Part shown: positions 1-11,041 of the stretch, one piece after another
Position numbering within the stretch: the first letter of the stretch is position 1
Layout: each line of letters begins with the position of its first letter
Assembly (NCBI GenBank): GCA_963665325.3
Contig: CAXXWS020000003.1
Location: forward strand, 192,001-256,000
Reading direction: 5' to 3'
Origin: Alphaproteobacteria bacterium
GTDB taxonomy: Bacteria; Pseudomonadota; Alphaproteobacteria; Bin95
Length of the DNA stretch: 64,000 nucleotides
The notes under the pieces: generated by a model
The model's database searches: none
Told to the model about the DNA's origin: nothing
What the model saw: only the letters and a program-made list of their open reading frames with translations
Position numbers and translations under genes: made by a program

Positions 1-33
1 ACCCTGGAGGGGGGCGGGCAGGCGCACCGGTTC

Positions 34-2193
34 GTGACCTCGGGCCTCGCGGAAGAGGAGCGCGCCCGGCTCGCGGCGTGGCCCGACGGTCCGCGCCTCA
101 TCGAACATCTCCGGGAGATTGACGGACCGCTGAGGCTCGCGGACGCCGCTGCCTATGCAGACTCCCTCGGCCTGGCGTCGGACGGGTCGCTGCTGCCGAA
201 GAACTTTCTGGGAATGCCGCTGCGTCGCGGCGGCGCCGACGCCGGATACCTGTTTCTCGCGGACAAGGAAGGGGCGTTCACGGAGGAGGACGAGAGGGTC
301 CTGCTGCAGGTCGCCTCGCACGCCGCGGCCATCGTCGCCGATGCCCCCGGGGAAGGCGCCGCCGGGCGCCTGCGGGCCACTCTCGAGGCGGTGATCCAGA
401 CCGCGCCGGTCGGCGTCGTGGTGTTCGACGCTGCGACCAGCAACGTGCTGTCGATCAATCAGGAGTGCAAGCGCATCGTCGAGGGGCTGCGCACGCCCGG
501 CCGCAGCTCCGAGCAGATGCTCGAGGTCATCACCGTCCGGCGCGCTGACGGCGCCGAGATCGACCTCGCCGAGTACCCGCTCGCGAGCGTGCTGCTCGGC
601 GCCGAAACGGTGCGCGGGGAGGAAATCGTCGCCTCGACCCCCGATGGGCGCAAGGTCACCATGCTGGTCAGCACCACCCCGGTCCGGTCCGCCGCCGGCG
701 ACATCGAGCGGGTGATCGTCACCATGCAGGACCTCGCGCCGATCCAGGAACTCGAACGCCTGCGCTCGGAGTTCCTCGGCATGGTGAGCCACGAGCTGCG
801 CGCGCCGCTGACCTCGATCAAGGGCTCGGCCACCACCCTGCTGGAGACCGGCCCGGATCTCGACCCGGCGGTGATGCGTGAGTTCCACCGCATCATCGCT
901 GCTCAGGCCGATCACATGAACGGCCTCATCAACGACCTGCTCGACGCCGGGCGCATCGATGCGGGCACACTCTCGGTGTCGCCCGAGCCCTCGGAACTGG
1001 AGGCTCTGGTGGACCGGGCGCGCAACACGTTCCTTTCCGGCGGCGGGCTGCACACCGTGCTGGTCGATCTGCCGCCGGATCTGCCCCGGGTGATGGCCGA
1101 CCGCCGGCGCATCGTGCAGGTGTTGAACAACCTGTTCGCCAACGCCGCCCGGCACGCCCCGGAGTCCTCCCCGATCCGGGTCGCGGCTCTGCGCGACGGG
1201 GTGCATGTCGCAGTCTCGGTCTCCGACGAGGGCAAGGGCATAGCGCCGGAGCGGCTGCCGACGCTGTTCCAGAAATACACCGGAGCGGGCGACGGCGGGC
1301 GCGAGCTCTCGGGCACCGGCCTCGGGCTCGCCATCTGCAAGGGGCTGGTGGAAGCGCATGGCGGGCGCATCCGGGCCGAGAGCGGCGGGCCGGGGCAAGG
1401 TGCGCGCCTCACCTTCACCCTGCCGGTGGCCGAGGAGGTGGCCGCGGGCGCCGCCGCCGCGCCGAGCCGGGCGGCTCCGTCCCGCGATGCGCGGGAAGGG
1501 ACCCGCATCCTGGTAGTCGACGACGATCCGCACATGCTGCGCTATGTGCGCGACGCTCTTATGGACGCGGGCTACGCGCCGCTGGTGACCGGCGACCATC
1601 GCGAACTCGCGCGCATTCTCAGGACGGAGCGGCCGCAACTGGTCGTGCTCGACCTGGTGCTGCCGGAGACCGACGGCATCGAGCTGATGGAGACCGTCCC
1701 GGATCTGGCAGACCTGCCGGTGATCTTCATCTCCGCCTACGGGCGGGACGAGACGATCGCACGGGCCTTCGAGGCGGGCGCGGTCGATTACATCGTCAAG
1801 CCGTTCTCGACGACGGAACTCACGGCGCGGATCCGGGCGGCGCTGCGCCGCCGCGCGGAGCCCGAGGCGTTTGTCCTGGGCGACCTTGCCATCCATTACG
1901 ACGAACGCCGGGTAAGCGTGGCCGGCCGCCCGGTCGAACTGACCGCCTCCGAATTCGAACTCCTGCGTGTGCTCTCGCAGGGCGCGGGACGGGTCCAGGA
2001 CTACGGGACCCTGCTGCGCCGGATCTCGGGCAAGGAGGACGACCGCGACGCCAGGAACGCCCTCCGAACCCTCGTCAAGGGCGTTCGCCAGAAGCTCGGC
2101 GAATCGGCGGACAACCCGGCCTGCATCCTGACCGAGCGCGGCGTCGGCTACCGCATGCCCCGGCCGGGGTCGATTCCGGCAGGGGGCAGGTGA
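34..2193 (+). CDS. Hybrid sensor histidine kinase/response regulator (GAF-like, PAS, HisKA, HATPase, REC, OmpR-type winged helix); probably starts upstream of the window
   Basis: H-box FLGMVSHELRAPL; N-box QVLNNLFANAARH; G-boxes DEGKGI and GTGLGLAI; REC motifs ILVVDDD, LDLVLP and YIVKPF; C-terminal ILTERGVGY. Confidence 0.9.
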   Translation: MTSGLAEEERARLAAWPDGPRLIEHLREIDGPLRLADAAAYADSLGLASDGSLLPKNFLGMPLRRGGADAGYLFLADKEGAFTEEDERVLLQVASHAAAIVADAPGEGAAGRLRATLEAVIQTAPVGVVVFDAATSNVLSINQECKRIVEGLRTPGRSSEQMLEVITVRRADGAEIDLAEYPLASVLLGAETVRGEEIVASTPDGRKVTMLVSTTPVRSAAGDIERVIVTMQDLAPIQELERLRSEFLGMVSHELRAPLTSIKGSATTLLETGPDLDPAVMREFHRIIAAQADHMNGLINDLLDAGRIDAGTLSVSPEPSELEALVDRARNTFLSGGGLHTVLVDLPPDLPRVMADRRRIVQVLNNLFANAARHAPESSPIRVAALRDGVHVAVSVSDEGKGIAPERLPTLFQKYTGAGDGGRELSGTGLGLAICKGLVEAHGGRIRAESGGPGQGARLTFTLPVAEEVAAGAAAAPSRAAPSRDAREGTRILVVDDDPHMLRYVRDALMDAGYAPLVTGDHRELARILRTERPQLVVLDLVLPETDGIELMETVPDLADLPVIFISAYGRDETIARAFEAGAVDYIVKPFSTTELTARIRAALRRRAEPEAFVLGDLAIHYDERRVSVAGRPVELTASEFELLRVLSQGAGRVQDYGTLLRRISGKEDDRDARNALRTLVKGVRQKLGESADNPACILTERGVGYRMPRPGSIPAGGR

Positions 2194-2421
2194 GCGCCGT
2201 TTTTCCCGGCCCATGCCGCCAGGCGCGCGGGCCGCACGCTCAGCCGCGGAACGACCCGTGCTCATCCACCCATTCGCCGACCCGCCTCAGACCCGGTTCC
2301 CTTGCCTGTTGTTAAGCGTGGAAGATTGACCCCCTGTTGGGGGTTATCGGCGTCCAAAATTGACCCCCCATGGATTGTGTCCATGAACACGCCCTGTCGT
2401 TGGACGGACGGGGTGGGGGAG

Positions 2422-3936
2422 ATGCTGGTTGTGGAGACGATAGCGCGGATCCGTCGGGATCATCTGGTGAAGGGCGTTCCGATCAAGAAGCTGGCGCGGG
2501 ATTTGAGGGTTTCGAAGAACACGATACGCAAGGTGGTTCGGGGCGATACGACCTCGCACAGCTATGAGCGCAAGATCCAGCCGATGCCGAAGCTTGGGCC
2601 TTGGGTGGCAGAGCTTGAGCGCCAGCTGGAGGCCAACGAGAAGAAGAAGCGCCGGGATCGCCTGTCCCTGCTGCAGATCCATGAGGACCTTGGCGAGCTG
2701 GGCTACAAGGGCGGCTATGACGCGGTCCGGCGCTACGCCAGGGCGTGGCGGCGCCGACGCCGTCTGTTATCGCCGTCGCAGGCCTATGTGCCGCTGATCT
2801 TCGATCCGGGCGAGGCCTACCAGTTCGACTGGAGCCACGAGTATGCGCGTCTGGCGGGAGCGACGACCAAGGTGAAGGCGGCGCACATGCGGCTGTGCCA
2901 CAGCCGCATGTATCTGGTGCAGATCTTTCCCCGCGAGAGCCAGGAGATGGTCTTTGAGGCGCACGAGCGTGCCTTCCGCTTCTTCGGCGGGGTCTGCCGA
3001 CGGGGCATCTACGACAACATGAAGACGGCGGTGAACACGATCTTCGTCGGCAAGGAGCGTGCCTACAACCGCCGCTTCCAGGAGATGTGCTCGCACCATC
3101 TGGTGGAGCCAGTGGCGTGCACGCCAGGGGCGGGCTGGGAGAAGGGGCAGGTTGAGAAGCAGGTGGGAGACCTTCGCGGGCGTCTGTTCGCGCGCAGCCC
3201 GCGGGGCCGCTCCTACACCGAGATCAACGAGTGGCTGATGGATCGGTGCATCGAGGAGGCCAGGAAGCAGCCGCATCCGACGATCGAGGGCAAGACGGTG
3301 TGGCAGGTATTCGAGGAGGAGCGGCCCTTCCTGATGGCATACCGCGGTCCCTTCGACGGCTTCCATGCCAGCGAGGTGTCAGTCTCGAAGACCTGCCTGG
3401 TGCGCTTCGACAACAACCAGTACAGCGTCTCTGCCCGCGCGGTGGGACGGCCGGTGGACGTGCGGGCCTATGCCGAGCGGATCGTCATCCGCCAGGACGG
3501 CGAGATCGTCGCCGAGCATCCCCGGAGCTTCGGGCGCGGTCGGTTCGTCTACGATCCGTGGCATTACGTGCCGATCCTGACGAGGAAGCCCGGCGCACTG
3601 AGGAACGGCGCACCCTTCAAGGACTGGCAGTTGCCCAACGCGCTGGGCCGCCTGCGAACCCGGCTCGCCGGCCACGACGACGGCGACCGGCAGTTCGTCA
3701 AGATCCTCGCGGCGGTGCTGGAGGACGGGCTGGAGGCGGTCGAGGCGGCCTGCGCCGAGGCGCTCGCCTGCGGCGCCTGCAGCGCCGACGTCGTGCTCAA
3801 CATCCTCGCCCGGCAGCGCCAGCCGGCACCGCCGGCAATCATCCCGACGCCCGAGGGCCTGAAGCTCCGCCACCAGCCGGTGGCCGACTGTCAGCGCTAC
3901 GACAGCCTGAGGGAGGCCGGTCATGGAGCGTCATGA
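2422..3936 (+). CDS. istA: IS21 transposase
   Basis: N-terminal HTH; [12 protein letters not shown] and [12 protein letters not shown] motifs; ATG at 2422 after GGGGAG. Confidence 0.93.
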   Translation: MLVVETIARIRRDHLVKGVPIKKLARDLRVSKNTIRKVVRGDTTSHSYERKIQPMPKLGPWVAELERQLEANEKKKRRDRLSLLQIHEDLGELGYKGGYDAVRRYARAWRRRRRLLSPSQAYVPLIFDPGEAYQFDWSHEYARLAGATTKVKAAHMRLCHSRMYLVQIFPRESQEMVFEAHERAFRFFGGVCRRGIYDNMKTAVNTIFVGKERAYNRRFQEMCSHHLVEPVACTPGAGWEKGQVEKQVGDLRGRLFARSPRGRSYTEINEWLMDRCIEEARKQPHPTIEGKTVWQVFEEERPFLMAYRGPFDGFHASEVSVSKTCLVRFDNNQYSVSARAVGRPVDVRAYAERIVIRQDGEIVAEHPRSFGRGRFVYDPWHYVPILTRKPGALRNGAPFKDWQLPNALGRLRTRLAGHDDGDRQFVKILAAVLEDGLEAVEAACAEALACGACSADVVLNILARQRQPAPPAIIPTPEGLKLRHQPVADCQRYDSLREAGHGAS

Positions 3937-4651
3937 TGTGCTGGAGATGATGACCCAGCTGAAGCTCGCAGGCATGCGAGCCGCCTATGACGACATCCTC
4001 GCCGACGGGCTCAAGCGCCGTCATCCGGTGCAGCAGATCATCGGTACGCTGCTGCAGGTCGAGATCGCCGACAAGAGGGCACGCTCGATCAAGTACCAGA
4101 TGGCGTCCGCCAAGCTGCCCACGGCCAAGGAACTGGCCGACTTCGACTTCGCCGGCTCGCCGGTCAACGAGCCCCTGATCCAGGAGCTCGCCGGCGGCGG
4201 CTTCCTCGAGGGCCAGCGCAACATCGTCCTGGTCGGCGGCACCGGCACCGGCAAGACCCATCTCGCCGTCGCCGTCGCGCGCTCCTGCATCCGCAAGGGC
4301 GCCCGTGGCCGCTGCTACAACGTCGTCGACCTGGTGAACCACCTCGAGGCCGAACTCCGTGCCGGGCGCCAGGGCCGCACCGCAGACCAGCTCGTCCGAC
4401 GCGACTTCGTCATCCTCGACGAACTCGGCTACCTGCCCTTCGCCCAAGCCGGCGGACAGCTCCTCTTCCACCTCATGAGCCGGCTCTACGAGCGAACCTC
4501 GATCGTCATCACCACCAACCTCGCCTTCGGCGAGTGGCCGTCCGTCTTCGGCGATCCCAAGATGACCACGGCGTTGCTCGATCGTCTCACCCACCATTGC
4601 GAGATCATCGAGACCGGCAACGAGAGCTGGCGCTTCAAGAACCGCTCCTGA
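3923..4651 (+). CDS. istB: IS21 helper ATPase
   Basis: Walker A GGTGTGKT, Walker B ILDELGY, TTNL and LLDRLTHH; overlaps the istA end. Confidence 0.95.
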   Translation: MERHDVLEMMTQLKLAGMRAAYDDILADGLKRRHPVQQIIGTLLQVEIADKRARSIKYQMASAKLPTAKELADFDFAGSPVNEPLIQELAGGGFLEGQRNIVLVGGTGTGKTHLAVAVARSCIRKGARGRCYNVVDLVNHLEAELRAGRQGRTADQLVRRDFVILDELGYLPFAQAGGQLLFHLMSRLYERTSIVITTNLAFGEWPSVFGDPKMTTALLDRLTHHCEIIETGNESWRFKNRS

Positions 4652-4738
4652 CCCGCCGCCGGCCTCCCCTGCGGCCCGGTTGCCCCGGTGGGTCAACAGG
4701 GACCCCCCACGCGGCTTCGCTCCGCGTAGCGTGAGACG

Positions 4739-5461
4739 CTACACGAAGCCGCGCGGGTCCCCCCTATTGACTACCGGGACAACCTCCACCGTGCCTCTCA
4801 GGGGGTCAATTTTGCACGCCGATAGGGGGTCATTATTGAAAGCCGATTGACACACCGGGTCGTGGGTGATGATGACGACGGCAACCCGCTCCTCCCGGTT
4901 GAGCCGCATCAGCAACTGCATCACCTCGTCGGCAGTGTCCGAATCGAGCGCCCCGGTCGGCTCGTCCGCCAGCACTGCCGAAGGCGTCCCCACCAGCGCC
5001 CGCGCGATCGCCACGCGCTGTTTCTGCCCGCCGGAGAGCTGGTCCGGCCTGTGGTCCAGCCGGTCGCCCATGCCGACCTTTTCGAGCACGTCCCGGGCGC
5101 GCCGGCGTATCTCCCGGCGCCCAAGGCCGCGATAGACCAGCGGCAGCGCGGCGTTCTCCAGCGCCGTCAGGTGTCCCAGCAGGTTGAAGGACTGGAACAC
5201 GAAGCCGATATGCTCGTTGCGAAGGGCCGACAGCTCCCGGTCGTTCAGGGTGGAGACGTCGCGGCCGTCCATGCGGTAGGAGCCCGAGGTCGGGCGGCCC
5301 AGCAGGCCCACAATGTTCATCAGCGTGGACTTGCCGCTGCCGGACGGTCCCATGATCGACATGAAATCGCCCGGCTGTACATCCAGGCGGATGCCTTTCA
5401 GCACCTCGACCTCGACGGGCCCCAACCTGTAAGTCTTGCGAATATCGACGAGTTCCAGCAT
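4739..5461 (-). pseudogene. MacB/LolD-type ABC ATP-binding protein, 3'-truncated by IS21 at 4852 (native part 4853-5461; ORF reads on into the IS)
   Basis: GPSGSGKS, LSGGQKQRVAIARAL, LADEPTG and H-loop ITHDP, immediately followed by IS-derived sequence. Confidence 0.85.
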
Positions 5462-5545
5462 GGCGCGACACCTATCCCTCGGACCGCCGACGGGTTTCGC
5501 CTGCCTCGCGGGCGTCGAGCGCCCCGCGGCGGATGTGCAGGTTCC

Positions 5546-6940
5546 TCATCGTCCCACCCGTTCGATGCCTATGTCCCACCGGTCGAGCGTCGTGCCGAGC
5601 GTCCGGTCGAGCCCGTCCAGCGCATTGCGGTAGCCCACCACCGCATCCAGCTCGCGCCTCTGGGCGGCCACCAGGTCGTCCTCGAACCGGCCGAGCTGGA
5701 ACGCGGAAGACAGGCCCTGCTGCAGCTTGCTGCGCTCGACATCGAGCTTGCGCTCCGCCAGGTCGCGCCCCTGCCGGGCGAGGTCGATCTGGCGCAGCGC
5801 CACCGCCACGCCATGCACTGCCTGGCGTACCTCGATACGGATCGACTGGGCGCGCTCGGCAAGCTGCATCTCGGCCCGGCGCACATCGTTCCTGGCGCGA
5901 ATGAGAGCCCGCCTCGGCTCGTCGTCCTGTAGCGGCACGGTCAGATTCAGGCCCCCGCTCCAGACCGTCAGATCCTGCCCGCTGCTGTGCGAGGCCGAGG
6001 CGCTCAGCGAGAGATCCGGGAGCAGGCCGTTCTGCGCAATCCGCAGGCCCATTCGCGCCAGCTCCATCCCGATCTCGGCGGACAGCCAGTCCGTGCGGCG
6101 CGCAAAGGCCGTCTCCAGGCTCTGTTCGAGGCCCGGCCGTTCCGGCTCCACCGGAGGCTCCTCCTGCAGATCGAGACGGGTTCCCTCCTCCACGTCGAGG
6201 ATGTTCGCGAGCGACGAGTTCGCCGTCTCCAACGCATTCTCGCTGTCGCTCAGCTCGTATTCCCTGTTCGCGACCTCCGCCTCCGTCTGGAGCAGGTCCT
6301 GCGGCGCCATCCGGCCGGCTTCCACCAGCGTCCGGTTGATCTCGAGCTGCCGTTGCGCCCTCTCCAGCGCCTCGCGCGCGATCGCGGCCCGGCGCCGGGC
6401 GCTGAGCGCGCCGCGATAGGCGGAGATGACCGAACCGACGATGCCGGCAACCGTGTCCCGGTAGGCGCGAAGGTCTATCCGCTCCTGCAGCCGCGCCCGG
6501 CGGAGCGGCGCGGTGTCGATATCCGCCCCGAACCCCCTCAGCAGCGGCTGCGAGAACGACAGGTTTGTGCTCGCCTCCCGGTCCCGTTCGCCTGCCAGGG
6601 GCTTGCGCAGGCTCAGCTGGAAGGAGCCGCCGGTCGGCACCCGCAGGCTCGGCCCGATGGAAATGTCTGCCGTCTCGTCGCCCCGGCTGTGGGTGTTCGC
6701 ACCCGCGCTCAGGCTCGCCACCGGGTCGTAACGCTCTTCCGCGCTCTCCAGCGAGAGCTTCTGTTCCTCCCTGCCCAGCCGGGCCGCAATCGCGGCCCGG
6801 CTGCTCTCGAGCGCGAGCCCGATCGCCTCGCCGATCGTCAGTGGGACCGCGCCGCCGGCGGCGGGCTCCTGCGCTCCCGCAGCCTGGGCGCCCAGCAGAA
6901 GGCAGGCGGCGGCAAGAAGCGGAACCCGGCAGAGTATCAC
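5546..6940 (-). CDS. TolC-family outer membrane efflux protein
   Basis: GTG at 6940 with GGAGA RBS; signal peptide ending AQAAGA; two OEP-like helical repeats; QPLLRGFG motif. Confidence 0.85.
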   Translation of the reverse strand: MILCRVPLLAAACLLLGAQAAGAQEPAAGGAVPLTIGEAIGLALESSRAAIAARLGREEQKLSLESAEERYDPVASLSAGANTHSRGDETADISIGPSLRVPTGGSFQLSLRKPLAGERDREASTNLSFSQPLLRGFGADIDTAPLRRARLQERIDLRAYRDTVAGIVGSVISAYRGALSARRRAAIAREALERAQRQLEINRTLVEAGRMAPQDLLQTEAEVANREYELSDSENALETANSSLANILDVEEGTRLDLQEEPPVEPERPGLEQSLETAFARRTDWLSAEIGMELARMGLRIAQNGLLPDLSLSASASHSSGQDLTVWSGGLNLTVPLQDDEPRRALIRARNDVRRAEMQLAERAQSIRIEVRQAVHGVAVALRQIDLARQGRDLAERKLDVERSKLQQGLSSAFQLGRFEDDLVAAQRRELDAVVGYRNALDGLDRTLGTTLDRWDIGIERVGR

Positions 6941-7144
6941 GGCACTCTCCTGTGCGGTCCTCCGCAACCGGTAATTCCGCCCGCCGCACCCTGTTTCCTT
7001 CAATCGAAGGAGTTGAACGAATGTCGATGAGATATTGGACCGGCTTTCCCGCATTCGGGGGAATCTCCGCGTCTCAACGACCATGATGAGAAGTCTACAT
7101 TATACGATTGTAGAATGCTTTGCAGGCCTACCGTCGAAGCCCGG

Positions 7145-7410
7145 TTATTTCTCCTGGAGGACGACGATGGGATCGAGGCGCCGGGCCCGATAGGTCGGCT
7201 GGAAGCCGAAAAAGAGACCCATCGCGGACGAGACGCCGACGCCCGCCACCACTGATATCGGCGAGGCGAAGAACTTCCAATCGAAGAACCGGCAGACGCC
7301 GCCCGCGCAGATCACGATACCGGCGATCCTGCCGGCCACCGCCAAGTTCAGCGTTTCCAGCAGGAACTGCGGCGCATGACTGCCATGCCGCAGCAAGGGA
7401 CGCCGAATGC
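7145..7410 (-). pseudogene. Remnant of an ABC permease (FtsX/MacB) C-terminus
   Basis: QFLLE...WKFFASPISVVAGVGVSSAMGLFFGFQPTYRARRLDP matches the C-terminus of 9418-10632. Confidence 0.8.
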
Positions 7411-7464
7411 ACTAGACGGTCGATGAGGATCGACATGGCAAACCCGAGGTCCGCGCTTGCGAGG

Positions 7465-7830
7465 TCAGGCAGCCCCGTCAGGGAAGGCGAACACCACGCC
7501 GATTTTGGGACCGATTATGTCAAGTGCAATCTGCAGTGCTTCCGCGGCGGTCATTCCCACCGGATTCAGACTGCGCTCCAGGGAGATCCCGTCAATGACC
7601 GCACTGACGCCGATTGCGAGCTTTCTGGCATCGTCCGGAGTCAATGTCTCGCTGCGCCCGGCATGGATATCGGCGATCCAGCCGCTCAGTGTCTGGATGC
7701 ACAGATCGCGGTTTGCGGTCTCCGTCCCCGTCGCATCGTTGCCCGCCGGATTGAAGAAAACGGACCTCGCAAAAGCTTCCAACCGTTTGGCTGGATCGGG
7801 TCCGGCGCCCGCCGCCTCGCGCAGATGAAC
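7465..7830 (-). pseudogene. Remnant of a TetR/BetI-like regulator C-terminal domain
   Basis: AGPDPAKRLEAFARSVF...IHAGRSE...ALQIALD parallels 8413-9075; HTH missing and an internal deletion. Confidence 0.75.
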
Positions 7831-8119
7831 TTCGGGGGCGGTCCGGCTGAAATAGCAGTAACGTTCGCTCAGCGGTCATGCCTCCCTTCGAATTCGTGTA
7901 TCGGCGGGCCGATTCAAACGGCGTTTGAGCCAAGTTGACCGTACGCTACCTCATATTTCGTAATGTTGGTGTACGAATATCGACACAGACAGTGAGAATT
8001 CGATGACATTCTATGATCAAATGTAAGCGACGCGCGGCTCGCACCCTTGATTTTCACCGGCCATACATTGGCGGCAACGCGAAGAGACAGTGTATGAGCG
8101 GGGCGGAGGCGCGTCGATT

Positions 8120-8300
8120 CTCGATCGGGAATGCGAGACGGCGAACGCTTGCCGAGTGCGGCCCCCGGCAAGGTCCTCGACCTCCAGCGCCATCGCACGC
8201 TTGGCCGTGAACCCAACCGTGTCGCGGGGCAGGTCCGCGTCGCGGAATTCCTTTGCGACAGCGCCCGCGGGGTCATTATGTCGTTGGCGGTCGTGGTCTT
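8120..8300 (-). pseudogene. IS256-family transposase N-terminal remnant (frameshifted)
   Basis: Across frames reads NDIMTPRALSQRNS / DADLPRDTVGFTAKRAMALEVEDLAG / AALGKRSP, resembling the IS256 N-terminus DADLLREMIGFAAxRLMELEV..LTGA..GERS. Confidence 0.6.
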
Positions 8301-8412
8301 CCTCGGGTCAGGCGGACTATGCAAGCCCAATCCTAACCGGCGTCGCGATGGTTTCCGCTATGATTGAGGGGGGCCCGCCGCCAGACTCCGGACGGTCGCT
8401 GCGGCGGGCCGC

Positions 8413-9075
8413 TTACCCGCAGCTACCGGCGGGTGCCTCTGCTCCTACTCCGCGCGTGGGGACACGACCCGAGAAGCGGATATCGAGCCTTGCCTCCATG
8501 AAATCCAGAGCAATTTCGAGAGCGTTCTCGGGCGACATGCGCGATGGGTGCAGGCTGCATTCCAGCCAAAGGCCATTGAATAGAGACTCGATTCCGACCG
8601 CAATTTGTCGAACCCGCTCCGGCGCGATGGCTTCCTCTCTCCCAGCATGTATCTCTGCTACGCAGTTACCTATCTCCTGAAGGTACAGGTCATACATTCT
8701 CAACCGCTCGGATGAAACTTCCGGGTCTGTTAACACCAATTCCAGAAAGCCGGTCCAGATCTTCATTTTGTTCGGGCACCTGGGGTCGACAGAAAATACA
8801 GCTCTCGTAAAAGCCTCTAACCTATTGACAGGATCCGGTCCGGCACTGGTTGCGTCGTAGAAATACGTCATGAGCACATTACGCAAATAATGTCGATACG
8901 CCTCTGCCATCAACTCGGATTTTCCAGGAAAATAATATCGAAGAAGACCTGCGGTTACACCGGCAATTCTGGCGATTTCCCGCACCGAAGAACGATGATA
9001 TCCATATTCTGCAATGCAATCCAAAGCCGCATCTATGAGCAGCTGACGTCCGCCTCCTTTGGGCTTCCCTGCCAT
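8413..9075 (-). CDS. TetR-family (BetI-like) transcriptional regulator
   Basis: HTH LIDAALDCIAEYGYHRSSVREIARIAGVTAGLLRYYFPGK. Confidence 0.9.
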   Translation of the reverse strand: MAGKPKGGGRQLLIDAALDCIAEYGYHRSSVREIARIAGVTAGLLRYYFPGKSELMAEAYRHYLRNVLMTYFYDATSAGPDPVNRLEAFTRAVFSVDPRCPNKMKIWTGFLELVLTDPEVSSERLRMYDLYLQEIGNCVAEIHAGREEAIAPERVRQIAVGIESLFNGLWLECSLHPSRMSPENALEIALDFMEARLDIRFSGRVPTRGVGAEAPAGSCG

Positions 9076-9417
9076 GAGCCTCTATTTCCTGTCCCTTACG
9101 GGTTCGGACAGCGCCTTCCATTACTCGGAACGAGTGCCTTCGTGTCAAGCCATCATGCAATTCGTGCATGCAATCAATCGAATTTTCATACCAGCTATCA
9201 CATTATATGGACGTTCACCGATTATATGGGCATATTTCGTGAAGATGACAGCATGAAAGCAATATTCCTATATATACGTATAGCATCAACGCACGGCTCG
9301 ATCATCGGTTGGCTGCAGGATTCAACCAAGCTGATCGATCCCAAAGGCCGATGGGCGTCTACCCGACAATGGCATCCTCGGCAGGAACACGTCCCAACCC
9401 TCCGTTGGGGTATGCCA

Positions 9418-10632
9418 TCACCCTTGCAAGGCCGCAACCGGGTCGAGGCGAGACGCCTGATAGGCCGGTTGAAACCCGAAGAAGAGCCCGGCCATGGTCG
9501 AAACGCTCACCCCGACGACGATCGACAAGGGAGAAAGGAAAAAGTCCCACTCATAGAATCCGCAAATTACATAGGCCCCGCCGGTGCCTGCCGCGACCCC
9601 GGCGATACCGCCGCCGAGGGTCAAGATTAACGCCTCGATCAGGAATTGGCGCTGGATGTCTCCTCGCCGAGCGCCTAGCGCCCGGCGGATACCGATCTCA
9701 TGACGCCTCTCGGTCACCGAAATGAGCATGATGTTCATCACGCCGATCCCCCCGACAATGAGACTTACGCTGCCAACAGCGCCAAGCAGAAGTGTCATGA
9801 GACTCAGTTGCGATTCCATTTGCTCAAGCAGCTGCTCGGCGCTCACGACCTCAAGCTGGAGGTCCGTGGACCGCTCCGAAAAATACGCCAATATCTGTCG
9901 GGCGGCATCTGTGTAGTGAACGCCTGTTGCCGCGCGGGCGATGATAAGCTCGATCTGCGCTTCCGGATGGATACGCCGCATGGTGGTAATGGGTAGGAAC
10001 GCCGAACGGTTGGCGTCCAGGTGAAAGGGCAGAGCGTACGTCTCCGGCGCCGGTTCCAATACGCCTATAACCGTGTAAAGGCGTTCCCCGATCTCGAGAA
10101 TCTCGTCTACGACGGCGCCGGAGCCGAGCCGGCGCATATCGGCGGCCACATCGCTGCCGACGACGGCGAAGTAGCGGCCGGTATCGAGATCGGATACAAA
10201 TCGCCCCTCGGCCATACGGAGCCTGTTCACACTTGCAAATGCAGCAGATACACCCTGGACCGACCCGCCGCCGACGGTCTTGCCTGCGTGTTGCAAGGAG
10301 CCTCCGGCCTGGATTCTTGGCGCCGCCTCCGAAATAGTCGGCACTGCGTCCGCCAGCCCGAATGCGTCCTCCAGTCCGATGGTAGTACGCCACGATGTGG
10401 GCTCGCCCCTCGAATGTTTCGGCGCCTTGATGGTGACGATGTCGGTGCCGAGGGCTTCGAAGTCTTTGCGCGATTGGGCTTTGGCCACCTCGCCAATCGA
10501 GATCATCGTAATTACGGAAGCGATGCCGATCATGATTCCGAACAGTCCCAGAATCGTACGCAACGGAGCGCCGTAAAGGCTGCGCATCGCCTCGCGAAGG
10601 ATGGTGGAATGAACCGAACGAAAGTTCCGCAT
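9418..10632 (-). CDS. MacB-like ABC transporter permease
   Basis: RTILGLFGIMIGIASV; VGGIGVMNIMLISVTERRHEIGIRRALGA; FFGFQPAYQASRLDP. Confidence 0.92.
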   Translation of the reverse strand: MRNFRSVHSTILREAMRSLYGAPLRTILGLFGIMIGIASVITMISIGEVAKAQSRKDFEALGTDIVTIKAPKHSRGEPTSWRTTIGLEDAFGLADAVPTISEAAPRIQAGGSLQHAGKTVGGGSVQGVSAAFASVNRLRMAEGRFVSDLDTGRYFAVVGSDVAADMRRLGSGAVVDEILEIGERLYTVIGVLEPAPETYALPFHLDANRSAFLPITTMRRIHPEAQIELIIARAATGVHYTDAARQILAYFSERSTDLQLEVVSAEQLLEQMESQLSLMTLLLGAVGSVSLIVGGIGVMNIMLISVTERRHEIGIRRALGARRGDIQRQFLIEALILTLGGGIAGVAAGTGGAYVICGFYEWDFFLSPLSIVVGVSVSTMAGLFFGFQPAYQASRLDPVAALQG

Positions 10633-10678
10633 CGAATCTTACAGTCTGCCAGTCACCGGCGGAACTCTATGCAGTAAA

Positions 10679-11035
10679 TCACCGGTCATCGCGGTTTCTT
10701 GCCGGATTCCTGGTCGAATCGCCTCGCGCCATTTGCCGATCTAACGAGTGGGGCGGCTGCAATACGAACCCGATATGCGTGTCGTGAAAAGCCGGGAGGT
10801 TCCAACGCTTGGCTAATGTGGCGTCGCGTCTGTTCAAGGGACGCGAAACTGCCGCTAAAGCGCGCGGCGATCCGACGGTGCATGCCGGCCAATGCTCTCC
10901 GTTTCGGGCTCGCGACGCGGTTGGCGCCAATGCTCCCTTTGCCATCTCTGAAACGGCTCCCTTCAGGACGTCAATATTGACCTTCCCCAGCCCCATGGAC
11001 TTCTTCACATTTGACAATCGCTGCACCGAGAGGAC
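10679..11035 (-). pseudogene. Degenerate ABC ATP-binding protein
   Basis: LSNVKKSMGLGKVNIDVLKG...HIGFVLQ aligns with the N-terminus of 4739-5461; Walker A lost and C-terminal half absent. Confidence 0.7.
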
Positions 11036-11041
11036 CTTCGC

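Larger units (their letters stand above)
2307..4852 (+). mobile_element. IS21-family insertion sequence
   Basis: Ends TGT(2307) and ACA(4852), each with TGACCCCC 20 nt from the end and an internal ATCGGCGT(C/G)CAAAATTGACCCCC repeat; istA and istB inside; no target duplication seen. Confidence 0.93.
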
